Shown: positions 51,560-63,697, counted from the first letter of the whole stretch. The stretch is 63,841 nucleotides of DNA, filler included, from Reticulomyxa filosa (GCA_000512085.1; 16 parts of 16 records of this genome joined end to end with filler, not necessarily neighbours in it), one strand, 5' to 3'. The notes: a model not told the origin generated them from the letters alone. Numbers and translations are program-made.

Positions 51560-52660
51560 AATGTTGTTAATGAATAAGAAAAAAAAAGAAGGAGAAAATA
51601 TTGTTTAAATCATTCTTTAAGATATCATTTTTATTTATTTAAATGGAATAAACAAGACGAGGAGGCAATATAAATAATAAAAAGCAATATTTCTTTGTCT
51701 CTTTTTTCAAATTAATTTTGAAAGAGCCTTTTTTTAAATTTTTATGGAGTTGTAATATTTAAGATTTGTTTCCTTACGCCTGTTCTAATGTCAACTCTAA
51801 CCTATCTTTTCGTAAAACAACACTAAAAAGAAGCTGCTTACTTAAAAAAAAAAAGAGGTAGTAATACAAATATATTGACCGTCTACCAGGTTTCTACACG
51901 TTCCCTCCAACAAAAATGACCACTATATCACCAAAGACACAAGCAACATGGATTTGCCCCATGTGTACTTATTCAAATGAACAGCAACGTTCTCACTGCG
52001 AAGTATGTTCCGCTCCAAATCCTTTGTCAGACGAGCAAATTTGGGTTTGTGAAACCTGGTAAGTACTCTTTTGCTTTCATTCAAGTAGTTATGGAGAAAT
52101 GTCAATTCGAAAACAAAAAAACGACATAACAAACAACAAAAGTACCTCAGTGAACGTAATTTCTAGAGAAACATGGTAAACTTCCAAGCAAAACAAACAG
52201 ACAAAAAAAAACAAAATAAAATTGCGGTACCATACATCCTAAAAAAAAAGGAACGAAAAAAAAAAGGGGGAGGGGGGGGGGAAGGGGAAAAATGAGAGAA
52301 GAAAAAAAAATATGTACGGGTGCAATAATAATATTATTGAAAATGAAAAAGCCGAACATGCACAGCACCTTTAGTAGCCCCGGCAAGTAAAATGAAACGC
52401 GATGTAGCGACGATCAGCTGTCACAGCTGCAAGCATAGAAATCCAATTCCAAGTAAACATTGCAAAGTAAGCAAAGTGCCATATTGTCTTTTGGATCAAT
52501 GTTTACAACAAAACAACACAAAACAATTTGCAATATACTCATACAAAATATAAACCTAACCTGACAAAACCCATCGACAATGGCAAACGATAGTCTTGTT
52601 TGGCTCCATTACAACCTAACGTGAAGTTTTACATTGGTGATGTTGTTAAGCTGACCTTTT

Positions 52661-52700
<40 letters not shown>

Positions 52701-52819
52701 NNNNNNNNNNNNNNNNNNNNNNNNNNNNNNNNNNNNNNNNNNNNTTAATTAATTAANNNNNNNNNNNNNNNNNNNNNNNNNNNNNNNNNNNNNNNNNNNN
52801 AAAAAAAAAAAAAAACAAG

Positions 52820-53461
52820 ACACTATGACAATGTATTAATTCAAGCCGATGGTACTCTCTTTCATATCGATTTTGGATATGCACTTGGGTATGTATGTTT
52901 TATGTGTCATATTTTATTGTTATTGTTGTGATTCGATTGACTGATAATTGACCGACTTTTATTTTTATTTTTATTATTATTATTATATGGATCATTTCAA
53001 TGTACGTATACACACTTGCGATTACAAACACAGTGACACATTGAAGCTGGATACTTCCAAATTTGCCATAACCAGCGATCTGCAAACGTTGTTGGGAGAA
53101 TATTGGCCGGTCTTTGTTAATATTGCCACTGATGCCTATTCCCAACTTCGGACACATTTTCACGTTATTATGTGAATCTGTGTACTTGTGATCTCTTCTT
53201 TTGTTAAACTCCCCTTTTTTTTTTTGTTTGTTTGTTTTCATGTTCTACGTGCGACAGGAGTTGGCAGAATATGCAAGATTAGTGTTCTCCTTTTTGTATG
53301 ACGCCAATGAGGTTGAAAAGTTTTTGTATGAAAAGTTACAAATGGGTATCGAAGCTGAAACTGCAAACAAATACATTTACCAAAAAATCATGAAAGCACC
53401 AACTAAAATCCGGACAAAACTCAAAAATGCAATGCATGCTGTTGCACAACGCAAAGCATAA
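52820..53461 (+). CDS. Phosphoinositide 3-/4-kinase catalytic C-terminus, 5' partial; exons 52820-52888, 53034-53163, 53258-53461
   Basis: RHYDNVLIQADGTLFHIDFGYALG (DRHxDN and HIDFG motifs); GT-AG introns keep the frame to TKLKNAMHAVAQRKA*. Confidence 0.85.
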
Positions 53462-53845
53462 GATTTTTTATTTTTTTTCCTTTCTTTTTACTTTCACAAT
53501 CTTTGTTGTTCAATCTTAGAACTACACTTTTTTTATCTCTTTTTTTCTCCTTCTTGATATTTTGCGAGTATTGTGCAATAAGATTATAAATGTGCTTTTG
53601 GTTAGGCGATCGAAAAAAAAAGTGTTTGTATATGTAAACTCAGTTTCAAACATCGGATCTGTTGTCAAATGTTTTTTGGACATTCAATTTTTTTGTCAGC
53701 TTGTAATTACTAAAACAAAGGAAGGAAAAAGAAAAAGATACATAATTTTGTTCCTCCTTTGTGATAATATAAAGAATCACAAGGAGGAGAAAAGTGAATC
53801 TTTGCACGACATATTGTTAAATCCACTCAAAAAAAAAAAAAAGAA

Positions 53846-54375
53846 ATGAGTGTGTCAACAGGTGTGAAGGCAATAGCAATATTAGAAGTAGTACTCGTTT
53901 GGGCGTTGCTTTTGCCTTTTTGTGTGTTTTCGTTGGTGAAGTACTACAACTTGAGGAATTTGGCATGTATTCGTTGTCGTGAGCCTTTAGGTGCAATTTT
54001 GATGGTATCTTTGGCTTTTGTGCATCTATCACTATCAACAATACGAGGGCCACTTTCGATTTTGTTGTATGGCCGTTATTTGGATGTAAGTGAGCAAACG
54101 ACATTTATCCAAGCGTTTGCAGTAACCTCCTCATTGATGAACAATGCAGGTTTTCAGGCGTTTCTGTTGCGATGTCTCACAGTTGTAGTCCAGATGAACT
54201 ATCATATGCACACATTCCAAAACCAATGGAAGCAATTGGTGGTCGACAATAATGACATAAGTTCAAATAAAGTATGGTATCTTCGCTATCATGACAAGCT
54301 TATATCTATGCCGTGGATATTTTGGAGAGTCTTTGTCCCAGGTCTTATTTTGATCTCCTTTCCCGGATTGTTGAG

Positions 54376-54417
<42 letters not shown>
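53846..54417 (+). CDS. Multi-pass membrane protein, possibly 7TM/RGS-like; 3' truncated
   Basis: Four hydrophobic helices; IRCREP after TM1 and FLLR after TM3 resemble 7TM-RGS N-termini. No RGS box is visible. Confidence 0.45.
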
Positions 54418-54526
54418 NNNNNNNNNNNNNNNNNNNNNNNNNNNNNNNNNNNNNNNNNNNNTTAATTAATTAANNNNNNNNNNNNNNNNNNNNNNNNNNN
54501 NNNNNNNNNNNNNNNNNTTTTTTTAG

Positions 54527-54889
54527 GCATTTGATGAGAAACACCAATTCAGTAAAAAATTGGGCGACAAACCAAAAGACTTTGACGAAAAATATGATAT
54601 AAGTTCAAAAGTCGAACAAGTTCGAAGTAATGAAAAGGTGCAATGCGTATGCAACAAAGTCACTGAATTTGCTTACACTGGATGGAGCTTTTTGGGACAA
54701 CTTGTCACTGAGACGAAACAGGTTTATTTTTATTTTTTTTATTTTTTTTTTTTTGGTGATGGATGCTAATGCAAGTTTTGTGGTGAAAATATTGATAGCG
54801 AGTGAATGAAATTGAATCCAGAAAAACCATTGCACATGAAGAAAATTCTCCTTTTTCTTATGAGCCAGAAAGCGACGGAAATGTCTTAA
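54527..54889 (+). CDS. 3' exons of an unidentified gene
   Basis: TAG|GCATTT acceptor, open frame AFDEKHQF...ETKQ, then donor CAG|GTTTAT. Confidence 0.35.
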
Positions 54890-55631
54890 CCTCTTCTACT
54901 CAAACCGATTAAAAAAAGTTCACTCAAAAAAGTATTAGCCTTTTGGGTGATTTTTTTTTAAGCTTTTTTTTTGTTTTTTTAAGTAAAGTAATTCGTCAAA
55001 TTATTTGTTTTTTAAAATTTAAACTCGTTCATATTATGTCATTCTTACTGAAATTCAATATCTATTTTCATAACATCCCTCAAATGCAACAAATTACCAC
55101 TCTTCGTGGACGGAATTTATAAAATCATTTCTCCAGATAAAACATAAGTAATGGTTAAGAGGAGACGCAGCCTTTATCTTTATTTTCTTAATCTTCTTTG
55201 ATTAGTTGACTTACCATTTTGGCATTTAAAAAAAGTTGGTGAGAATTCTATTCAAATGAGAACACATAATCGTAATTGAATAAGAAAAGTAATTTTTTTG
55301 AAGAGTGTACGTACGATGTTGGGTTCGTTTTGATAAATAAATGATACATAATAGAACTGCTTAAACTGAAATAAACAACTGACATAACTTATGTATCACA
55401 ATTATTAAATGTAAATGCTTATGCAAGCATGAATTACAAAGTGAAGCTATAAGTAAATCAAGAAATAATTTTACAAAAATTATATTGCTTCATCTGTTGC
55501 CAAAATAGCATTTTCTTTATTTGTTTTTGGTCTCATTTTATTTAAATTATGTCATTTTCATTGAAATTTGCCAAAAAATATATTCAACTTAAAAAATGTT
55601 TGTGAATCAAAGCAGAAATCGACAAAAGTTG

Positions 55632-56312
55632 TCAATTTGAATTGCGGCAAACTTTGACAAGTTTTGTAGGAAAAGAGAGTCTATAATCCGTTCGCACAGG
55701 AATTCCACGTTTCTTTGATCCCTTGACATAAGTCTTGACTCTGGCATCAAAAACAACATTATCTCCCATTCTCAATTTTAAAGCAGCAAATCCCTTTGTT
55801 AGATTGAACCATAAATGATCGGCCATTAATTGCTTCGGCTTCAAAATCTCAAATTCGTTTTTATCACGTGCATTCCGTTGAACTAGATAAACGTTTTTCA
55901 AAAGAACGAATGTTTTCGGAGGGGTCTTTCTCGATTGAATTTTGTATTTACGAGTTTGATTTCTCTTTTTAAAGCCAATTCGAACAAAAGTGCCAATAAA
56001 TGATTTTCTTTGTTCTTCAATCTTTCTCAACTCAGTTCTTTCTTTTGGAATAGCTTCACAGTCGCTTTGTTTTTTGACTTTACTGTTGTCCTCGTCTGTC
56101 CTTTTTTCTTTTGGATCAGTTTGACGCAGATGTGGACACGCTTGCTTAGTAATTTTTTTACTTCCTTTTTCAGTTTTCTTATTTGCTTTGCGCGGCGCCA
56201 AATGTACGGACCAATTTCCTTTCTGTTTTTGGTTCTTTCGGACTTTTTTAAATCTTTTTTTGGCTTGTTTACCAATTTTTTGATTTACTAGTTTGAATTT
56301 GATTTTTGGCAT
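55632..56312 (-). CDS. Intronless 226-aa basic protein whose C-terminal domain resembles phage/bacterial hypothetical proteins
   Basis: Lys-rich first ~90 aa, then R..FIGTFVRIG.K, VLLKNV, DHLWFNLTKGF..L.L..GD.V.FDARVK.Y.KG, DYRLS.PTK. Confidence 0.7.
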   Translation of the reverse strand: MPKIKFKLVNQKIGKQAKKRFKKVRKNQKQKGNWSVHLAPRKANKKTEKGSKKITKQACPHLRQTDPKEKRTDEDNSKVKKQSDCEAIPKERTELRKIEEQRKSFIGTFVRIGFKKRNQTRKYKIQSRKTPPKTFVLLKNVYLVQRNARDKNEFEILKPKQLMADHLWFNLTKGFAALKLRMGDNVVFDARVKTYVKGSKKRGIPVRTDYRLSFPTKLVKVCRNSN

Positions 56313-56667
56313 GCCTTTTTGATTTCCAGAATGAAAATAATAAAATAAAGAGCAAAATAAAAATTGCGCACAAATTTTTTGGCTATGGATTAAGTAAAAT
56401 ACTAGTTAAANNNNNNNNNNNNNNNNNNNNNNNNNNNNNNNNNNNNNNNNNNNNTTAATTAATTAANNNNNNNNNNNNNNNNNNNNNNNNNNNNNNNNNN
56501 NNNNNNNNNNCACGACAAAGCGGGGAAAGGGAGGGAGGGGAAGGGGAAGGGGAAAGAATGTAAAAAAAAAAAAAATAATAATAATAATAATAACAATGAA
56601 AATAATACAAAAGAGAATTATATTAAAAGAGACCACAAACGACAATAATCAAACAAAAAGATATATC

Positions 56668-57500
56668 GATAGCAGCTATCATGCAGGAGTTCCAATGCCG
56701 CATAGACACAGAATGTATCCACCAGTAAGCGAAGCGATACCCTATGACCGCTACTACCCCAGGCCCGTCCCTCCGCAATACCACTACCCTAGAGAAGATA
56801 TTCCCTTTTATCCAGACCCATATTATCGAGAAAGAGATGTCCATGACAGACCTGTTTACGAAAGGTAGCAACAAAAACATTCCTTGTCATGTGTTTGTTC
56901 GACATGCGATATGTATGCAATTTATTGCGTATTGTTTGCAATGATGATAATTATGAATAATGAATAATGAATAATGAATAACGAATGATTATTATTATTA
57001 TTATTATGACAGAGGATATTTTCCACACGGTTACGTGGACCCCTATCGCAGTCCTCAAAGATACGAAGACAGTTGGAAGTATGGGATGAATGGAATGAGA
57101 GGAAAGGAAACGGATCATGAACAACGAAGTCGGTCCAAAAAAAAGGAACGCGAACGTATGTGGGCACGCGACGAGGAAGCGGACGAAGAGGAAATGTATC
57201 AAGATATGCTCCGAACTCGTGAACGAGAAAGAGAAAGAGAAAGAGAACGAGAAAGAAAGAGAGGACGAAAAAATAAACAACTGAATATTCCATCCCCCAA
57301 TCGCCCCAAAACGAGTTTTTTCAGTCAAAGCAAATCGCAAGGACTGGGATTTGATTACTACACGCATTACACATTTGGTGGACGCTACGACAATAACCAA
57401 CGTCCTGACTATACCACTTTGGCAGAAGAACGTGTCATACCCACGGAAAAAGACAAAGGATCCAAATCCCTTTTTTTGGACTGCCTATTTCGTTGCGATG
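56668..57500 (+). CDS. Internal exons of a low-complexity Pro/Tyr/Arg/Glu-rich protein
   Basis: PY/RY-rich exon ending ~56864, intron, then an RE-repeat exon from ~57013. No domain recognised. Confidence 0.45.
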
Positions 57501-57652
57501 TTGAGAATTTGTTTGAATGGGTGGAATTGTTTTTATTAGCTGAATTCTTTGGTCAACCTGAACATCACCCTTGTCATCTCTTGTTCTCCGTCTGCACACC
57601 TCTCCCCTCTTTGCACATTCATTTGTTTCTTACGTTGCTTTTTTTCATACTA

Positions 57653-57694
<42 letters not shown>

Positions 57695-58716
57695 NNNNNN
57701 NNNNNNNNNNNNNNNNNNNNNNNNNNNNNNNNNNNNNNTTAATTAATTAANNNNNNNNNNNNNNNNNNNNNNNNNNNNNNNNNNNNNNNNNNNNCTATCT
57801 TTGACATTATTCTTTGATTTTATCAAGAGTGTTGACAGAGGAATGCATGATTTTGATAAAGCAACTCAAATGGAAAGCAATCATATTTTATTTCTTCATC
57901 AAAAGAAAGTGTATGATGGATCAGATAAACTTCAAGAATAAATATCACTTTTTTATTAAATCGTTACTAATTACTTCAATATTTTATACTTTATTTTTTT
58001 TTTTTTTAGCCCAATGTAGTTCGATATTTGAGTGTTTTAATTATTTTTATGAAAATTAATAAAGGATTGAGAATTTTGACAAAAGACTTGCTGTTGATCT
58101 GTTGCGTCAGTGCTAGAGTTTGCGCAAAGTTGCAAAATAATTTTGTGTAAGTCATTAATGTGTGCGTAAATCGAAGCTGACTTTAATCATAAAAATGTCA
58201 AATTGGTATTGTAAGCATAATCGTGTGGTCTTGCTTTGGAGTGTTAAAACCTGTTTATGGATGTAACATTAATTTATTTGTCAATGCATATACAGTAAGA
58301 TAAAAAGAAAGTTGACACATAAAATGCCACCTTATATAGATAATTGTGTTTCTCCATGAAAAGACAATATTTAATCAAAATTTTTTTAAAAAAAAATATC
58401 TACGGATCGTGTAGTTTTTAAATATCATTTTGGTTTTTTAATAAGTCTTTACAATTTTTTCAAAAATTTTATTTTTTAACTTGATTTGGTAAAATTTCTT
58501 AAAAAAAGTTGACAATCGTGTTTTTCTCGTAGTCATGTGAAACAGGTGAACCAAAAGATCGGCCAAGTGGCATAGAAAAAATTGATGCAATGCGTTGAAA
58601 ATTTTGTTTGTTGTGAAATTGTATCAAATTTTCATTTTTGTGAGACTTATTCAATTAACGAAAAATCGGTTTTTCAAATTGCAAAAAAATTTTTGACAAG
58701 TATAAACGCAAATTTT

Positions 58717-60319
58717 CTAAAACGTTCTAACGACAACACCAGATCTGAGTTTTGGTTCAAACCAAGTTGATTTTGGTGGCATAATTTTATTGCCATCAGC
58801 AATAGCCATCAATTGATCAACTGACGTCGGAAACAAGCCAAAGGCAACACCGCTCTTGTTTTGATCAATTTTTTCTTGTAGTCTTTGTAAGCCAGAAATA
58901 CCACCAACAAAATCGATCCGGGTGTCATTTCGTAAATCTTTAATTCCTAATATAGGAGCCAAAAGGAAATCACTTAATATGCTAACGTCAAGGCTTTTAA
59001 TAATATCATCGCCAACATCCTTCAAAACACAAGGTTTTGGTTTCAACGTAAACCAGCCTTTGGAATGTAAATACATGCGATATTCATTTGATTTTGTGAC
59101 AGGCAATGGCAAAGATGCATGTGTATCTTCTTTGTCTTCTCTTTCTTCAGAAGTTTCCTTTTTTCCCACGCATTTGCAAGGCTCATAAGTCCACTGTTCG
59201 TCTAGTTTTCTATTAAAAAAAGCAATGTTTTATCTGACAAAAACAATACAAATAAAAAAAAACAATCAAACAATGAACTTCAAAAATTGATCTGGAGATA
59301 GTTCATTCAAAGTCAAAACAATTCGATTGTAGTCCAAAATGTTCAATTGCTCTGCAGGAAAGACAACAGCCAAGAAATAGTTGAACGCTTCATTTCCAGT
59401 ATATTGCTGTTTTTTCTCTAATTCTTCACGACGCTTTTTGTATACACGCCATGCGCTTGCTGTTCGATGATGTCCATCGGCAACATATAAACATGGCACT
59501 TTTTGTGCAAACAAATGACTGATTTTATCAGTCAATTTTTCTTCTTCGACAATCCACAACCGATGTTTAATTCCATCATCAGAAATAAAATCGGCATAAG
59601 GTTGTTGCTTTTTTGTAACTTCTTCGATTACCTCATTGATTTCTTTTACGCCACGATAGCATAAAAACACTGGACTTGCATTTGCACCTTTTTTTTGTTT
59701 ATTGCATTTTTCCAGTTTTATGTATCCACCCCCTTTTTTTTTTTTTTTTTTTGCTCTAAAAAATCATGCACTCACTTTGAGTATCTGTCAATCGAGTACG
59801 GTCATCTTCTTTCTTGGGACGAGTGAACTCGTGTATTTTGATTATTTTTTCTTCATATTGCTTCGCACTAACTTCTGCAGCGATACCGTATTGCACGTGA
59901 ACTTTTCCAGTCCTTGAAACTTTCATTTCTTGCGAATAGATATACAAACACGGTTTTTCGTCTTGAGTCAACCATTTCTAATACAATACATGCACGCAAA
60001 AACTATTTGTTTTTGAAATTACAAGCAAGAATAAAAATAAAAATAAAAATACATTTTTTATAAACAAGTCCAGGTTCTCTTTTCCTTTTTTATAAACAGC
60101 ATCATCATATTGGCTTGTTCCTTGTGGAAAATCGATTTCTGGCTTATCTACGTGTAAAAAGGATTTTTCGTTGCCTTTCGCCATTTCGCGGGCTTCGTCC
60201 GATTCAATCACGTCAAAAGGAGGGCATGCCATCCGTTGCATCAAATCCGACGGCGGATGAAAGCCACGAAATGGACGCAGAATTACACCTGTGCACACAC
60301 GACCTACCTTTCTCCACAT
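58717..60319 (-). CDS. DUF1015 family protein (ParB-related); exons 60319-60053, 59977-59776, 59687-59279, 59209-58717
   Basis: LRPFRG, PPFDV, N..SFLHV.KPEID, IKIHEFTR..KEDDR, ANASPVFL.YR, LYVADGHHRTASA, ILDYNR, RIDFVGG, MPPKSTWFEPKLRSG. Three GT-AG introns give one continuous frame. Confidence 0.92.
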
Positions 60320-60720
60320 TCTTTCTAAAAAAAAAAAGGTGAATCACTACTATCAAACATGCAACACAATCACCAACCAGAGCTGAGACTAGACATGACA
60401 CACAACGAGGGGATAAAGAAATAATGTTCTCACTCTAAGCAAAACAGCTCCGCAAAAAAAAAAAAACTTGTTTGTGGAAGCGTTCTGAGTTTTTCCGGCT
60501 TATATAGTAAGCAGTTCTTTAGGGAGTAATCGTATTGAAATCTTAGTTAAAAAAATTTCAAGTTATCTTTAGATTTTTGTCCTTTTTTCGAACTCACTCC
60601 TAAGTAAACGTATTTTAGCCTATTGTCACTCCAGTTTAACAATCAAGTTTAGGGGACACCTTTTTACTGTTTAATCAAAAAACACTTTCACAACATTTGC
60701 ATATATACATATCATTCCAG

Positions 60721-61473
60721 ATGGGCAATATTTGGGGTTCAACTGATTCTTCTGAAGAGGCGGAAAAATATTTCAAAATTGTTAAAACGGAACAAGTGCA
60801 AGCAGTTAATGACTACACGGTACAAGTGAACGACGTATTGATATGCGTAAAAGTGGCAAGTGAATTGGCCTCTGTGTTTGCGTATAGTGACAAATACAAA
60901 ATAATTCACTTTGGTTTGATCGCAAAGAATAACTGGTATATTAATGAACCAGGAACAAGCGATGAAGACACGAAGACCTTTCCAATAATGTTTGCGCATG
61001 TATTACCAACCAAAGGACGTGTCCAATGTGGTGAGGAGGAAATCACAAGCAGTACTCACCTGCGACTACACTTTTACAAGTCAATTTCACAAGTGGAAAA
61101 CGAGTTGCTTCGCATAACAGGAGGAGGTAAGGTATATCAATCCAAGTATCAAGCCAACAATTCATCGATGAAAAAATGCATTCCGCTGTTGGAGGATATC
61201 TTGGGAAAGCAGTATACTTTCAAGCCTTGGGAGCAAGGCTTATCTCCTTACGAGTTTAAACAATCTGATGACATGAATTGCAAGCGCTTTGTCAACAAAG
61301 TTGAAAAACATATTAATTACAAAGTTCCAGACGATGTTTGGGAAAAGGCTGTTCAAATCATTTCTTCAGCCGCTGAACAAGATCTTCAATTGGCTAATTA
61401 CATCGATCAAATTGAAGGAAGAAAAGAAATGTCTGCAAAAGAACTTTCCGATCATGCATGTGCTATTTTGTAA
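60721..61473 (+). CDS. Hypothetical 250-aa protein, candidate permuted papain-like (PPPDE/LRAT-type) enzyme
   Basis: Intronless; MGNIWGS myristoylation-type start; IIHFGLI precedes Y......MNCKRFVN. Confidence 0.6.
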   Translation: MGNIWGSTDSSEEAEKYFKIVKTEQVQAVNDYTVQVNDVLICVKVASELASVFAYSDKYKIIHFGLIAKNNWYINEPGTSDEDTKTFPIMFAHVLPTKGRVQCGEEEITSSTHLRLHFYKSISQVENELLRITGGGKVYQSKYQANNSSMKKCIPLLEDILGKQYTFKPWEQGLSPYEFKQSDDMNCKRFVNKVEKHINYKVPDDVWEKAVQIISSAAEQDLQLANYIDQIEGRKEMSAKELSDHACAIL

Positions 61474-62749
61474 GTTTGTTTGTTTTTTGAAATTCAAAAT
61501 TACGCAATACTTTGAAATGCGTAAAATTAGAACGTTTGGTAACTTTTTTTTTTCTTTTATGCAGTTTCAGTAATGAACTTCAGGTTTAGAGGCATAACTA
61601 TCTTGTTACTTTAATACACAAGGATTATCACACCGAGTCTTTCCAAACAAAAAAAACTCACCTTCACTAACATTTACTTTCCAGAGAAAGGTATGCCTCC
61701 ATCTAGACAACGGATTAACCTCCTAAATATTCACCTTTACGAAAGTTTTGAGTTTAAAGTTTTCAAATCAGCACAAACTATTGTGGTTGCAATCTTCTTC
61801 TTTAATTCGACTTTAAATTCAATTTTTTTTTTTCATGTTGGGCTGTGTATACGTTAGTATACACCGTTTTATTATATCTACAGAAAATTAATTTATTGCA
61901 TTGCTCAAAAATAATTCACAAACGCAACATTTTCAAAACTAGTTGAAAGCGAGAGAATTTTTATCTCATTGATTGTTCTGAAAAGTCGTATCAGTTCTTT
62001 AATGTATCATGAGAGCGAATAATTGTACGTATGTTGAAAGAGTTTTTCGAGTATGTGCCTAATGCACCAATTTTACAGTAACAAAAATATCATTTTTCAT
62101 TTTTTTTTTTATGCGTCAGTTATAGACAAATCAGAGCATCCAGCTTTCTGCTTTTTTGTTTAAATCTAAAACGAGGAGGAGAACAGCGACAATGGCGTGA
62201 AAAAGAATTTTTCTGAAAACACTGAAGTGAAAAGTTTTAAGTTTAAAACCAAAACCACAGGATAAAAGAAAGCGAGTGAAACGAACAAACAAGCGACAAG
62301 GAAACGAGGAGAAGCGAAAGCACACAACATTTCTCCTTTCGGATTGAGGGAATACGCATTGAAAAGCGTGACACTCTCCAAGTTAGTTTACGTAACAAAT
62401 AGACGACAGACAAGTAAACAAATGGAGATAGTGCAAAAAAAAAAAAAAAAAAAAAANNNNNNNNNNNNNNNNNNNNNNNNNNNNNNNNNNNNNNNNNNNN
62501 TTAATTAATTAANNNNNNNNNNNNNNNNNNNNNNNNNNNNNNNNNNNNNNNNNNNNGTGTCAACTTTACTTTGCATTCTACTGTATTTTTTATTTTTAAC
62601 ATTATTATTGTTAATGTGTATCGATAATGCTATTCGATGAATAGACTAGTCCAGATAGCAAAGAAGAAGAAGTTACTAATTGTGCTTTTAAAAATTTTTT
62701 TCTTAATTCAAATTACAAACAAAATATAAATAATTTACGCGTATATACA

Positions 62750-63130
62750 GGTGGATGGAAGAGAAAAATTGATAACAATAAAAAAATTGACATTTCAAGA
62801 ACTTCTTCGTCAAAGTTATTATTGTGTGAAACAAACAGATTTCGAAAAAATCAATAAAGATAATTTAAAATTCAATTGGTTGATAAGGATGATAACGTAG
62901 TTGAATCGGATGAAGATGTTAGAATTTTATACTGATAAATATATCTTTAAATAACTTGGGTCCCAATAATAATTGGAAAAACAAAAAAATGCACTGGTGA
63001 TAATGATTGCAATCAATGAATACATAGATAATGAAACATGGGGGAATCTTCCACTATCTTTCTTCAAACGAAGAGCGATTTAAAAAACAAAATAACCTTC
63101 AGGAGTATCAGTATGTTACATTTGAAAATA
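62750..63130 (+). pseudogene. Decayed paralogue of the caspase-like family
   Basis: KKLTFQELLRQSYYC, DNVVESDEDV, FKITWVP, TKKNALVIMIAINEY parallel VTHEELLRQGY, GNVVDSD, FKVTW, TIRNAFVVMIGISEY of 7509-8639; frameshifted and truncated. Confidence 0.75.
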
Positions 63131-63697
63131 GTGATACAATAGAATCTCATGGAGAAACAGCAAATACAAGTATTTCCTTGGAGAAAAGAAAAAAAGAAAT
63201 AACCATGTTTGCCATAACTTTTTTTAAATATTCAAATATCTTTCAATTCCAAAACCGTTAAAAACAACAAAAACAAAGAACTATAACGTTTAAACTGAGT
63301 GTTCTTTTTCACAAAACTAGAGACAAAAAATAATTATTTTTGGTTTTTTAAGTCCACATTGCCATAATTTTCTTTGGTTGATCGAAATTGTTTGTAATTC
63401 AAACGTTCACTTTTTCCTCTTTTTAAAAAAGCAAAATTGTATGAGCTGTCGTTAAAAAAGTTTTATCCAGATATATATCTGTTTCCATGTTTACTAAACA
63501 CAAAAAACTCTAGAATGTCCTTTTAGTTTTATTTTTTTGTAAAAGAGTTTGTTAATTGATATTATGCATGAGTTACATTAAAAGTTTACTTAGCGCGTTT
63601 CTGCATGAGCAAATAATTACATATACAACTAAATAAACACAATTAATTAGTATCTGACAGCCACCACAGTATTCAAAAAGCAAAAACTTAAAATTAA

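Noticed and set aside
51923-52700. Probable 3' exons of a minus-strand gene
   Set aside because: I could not establish a consistent frame or family.
50028-60319. RNase HII, phage-like gene and DUF1015 as one horizontally acquired island, operon or bacterial contaminant
   Set aside because: They lie on three separate contigs, and two contain spliceosomal introns.
5203-62556. Regularly recurring TTAATTAATTAA as a biological repeat or CRISPR-like array
   Set aside because: It is always centred in 88 Ns, so it is a synthetic six-frame-stop contig linker.
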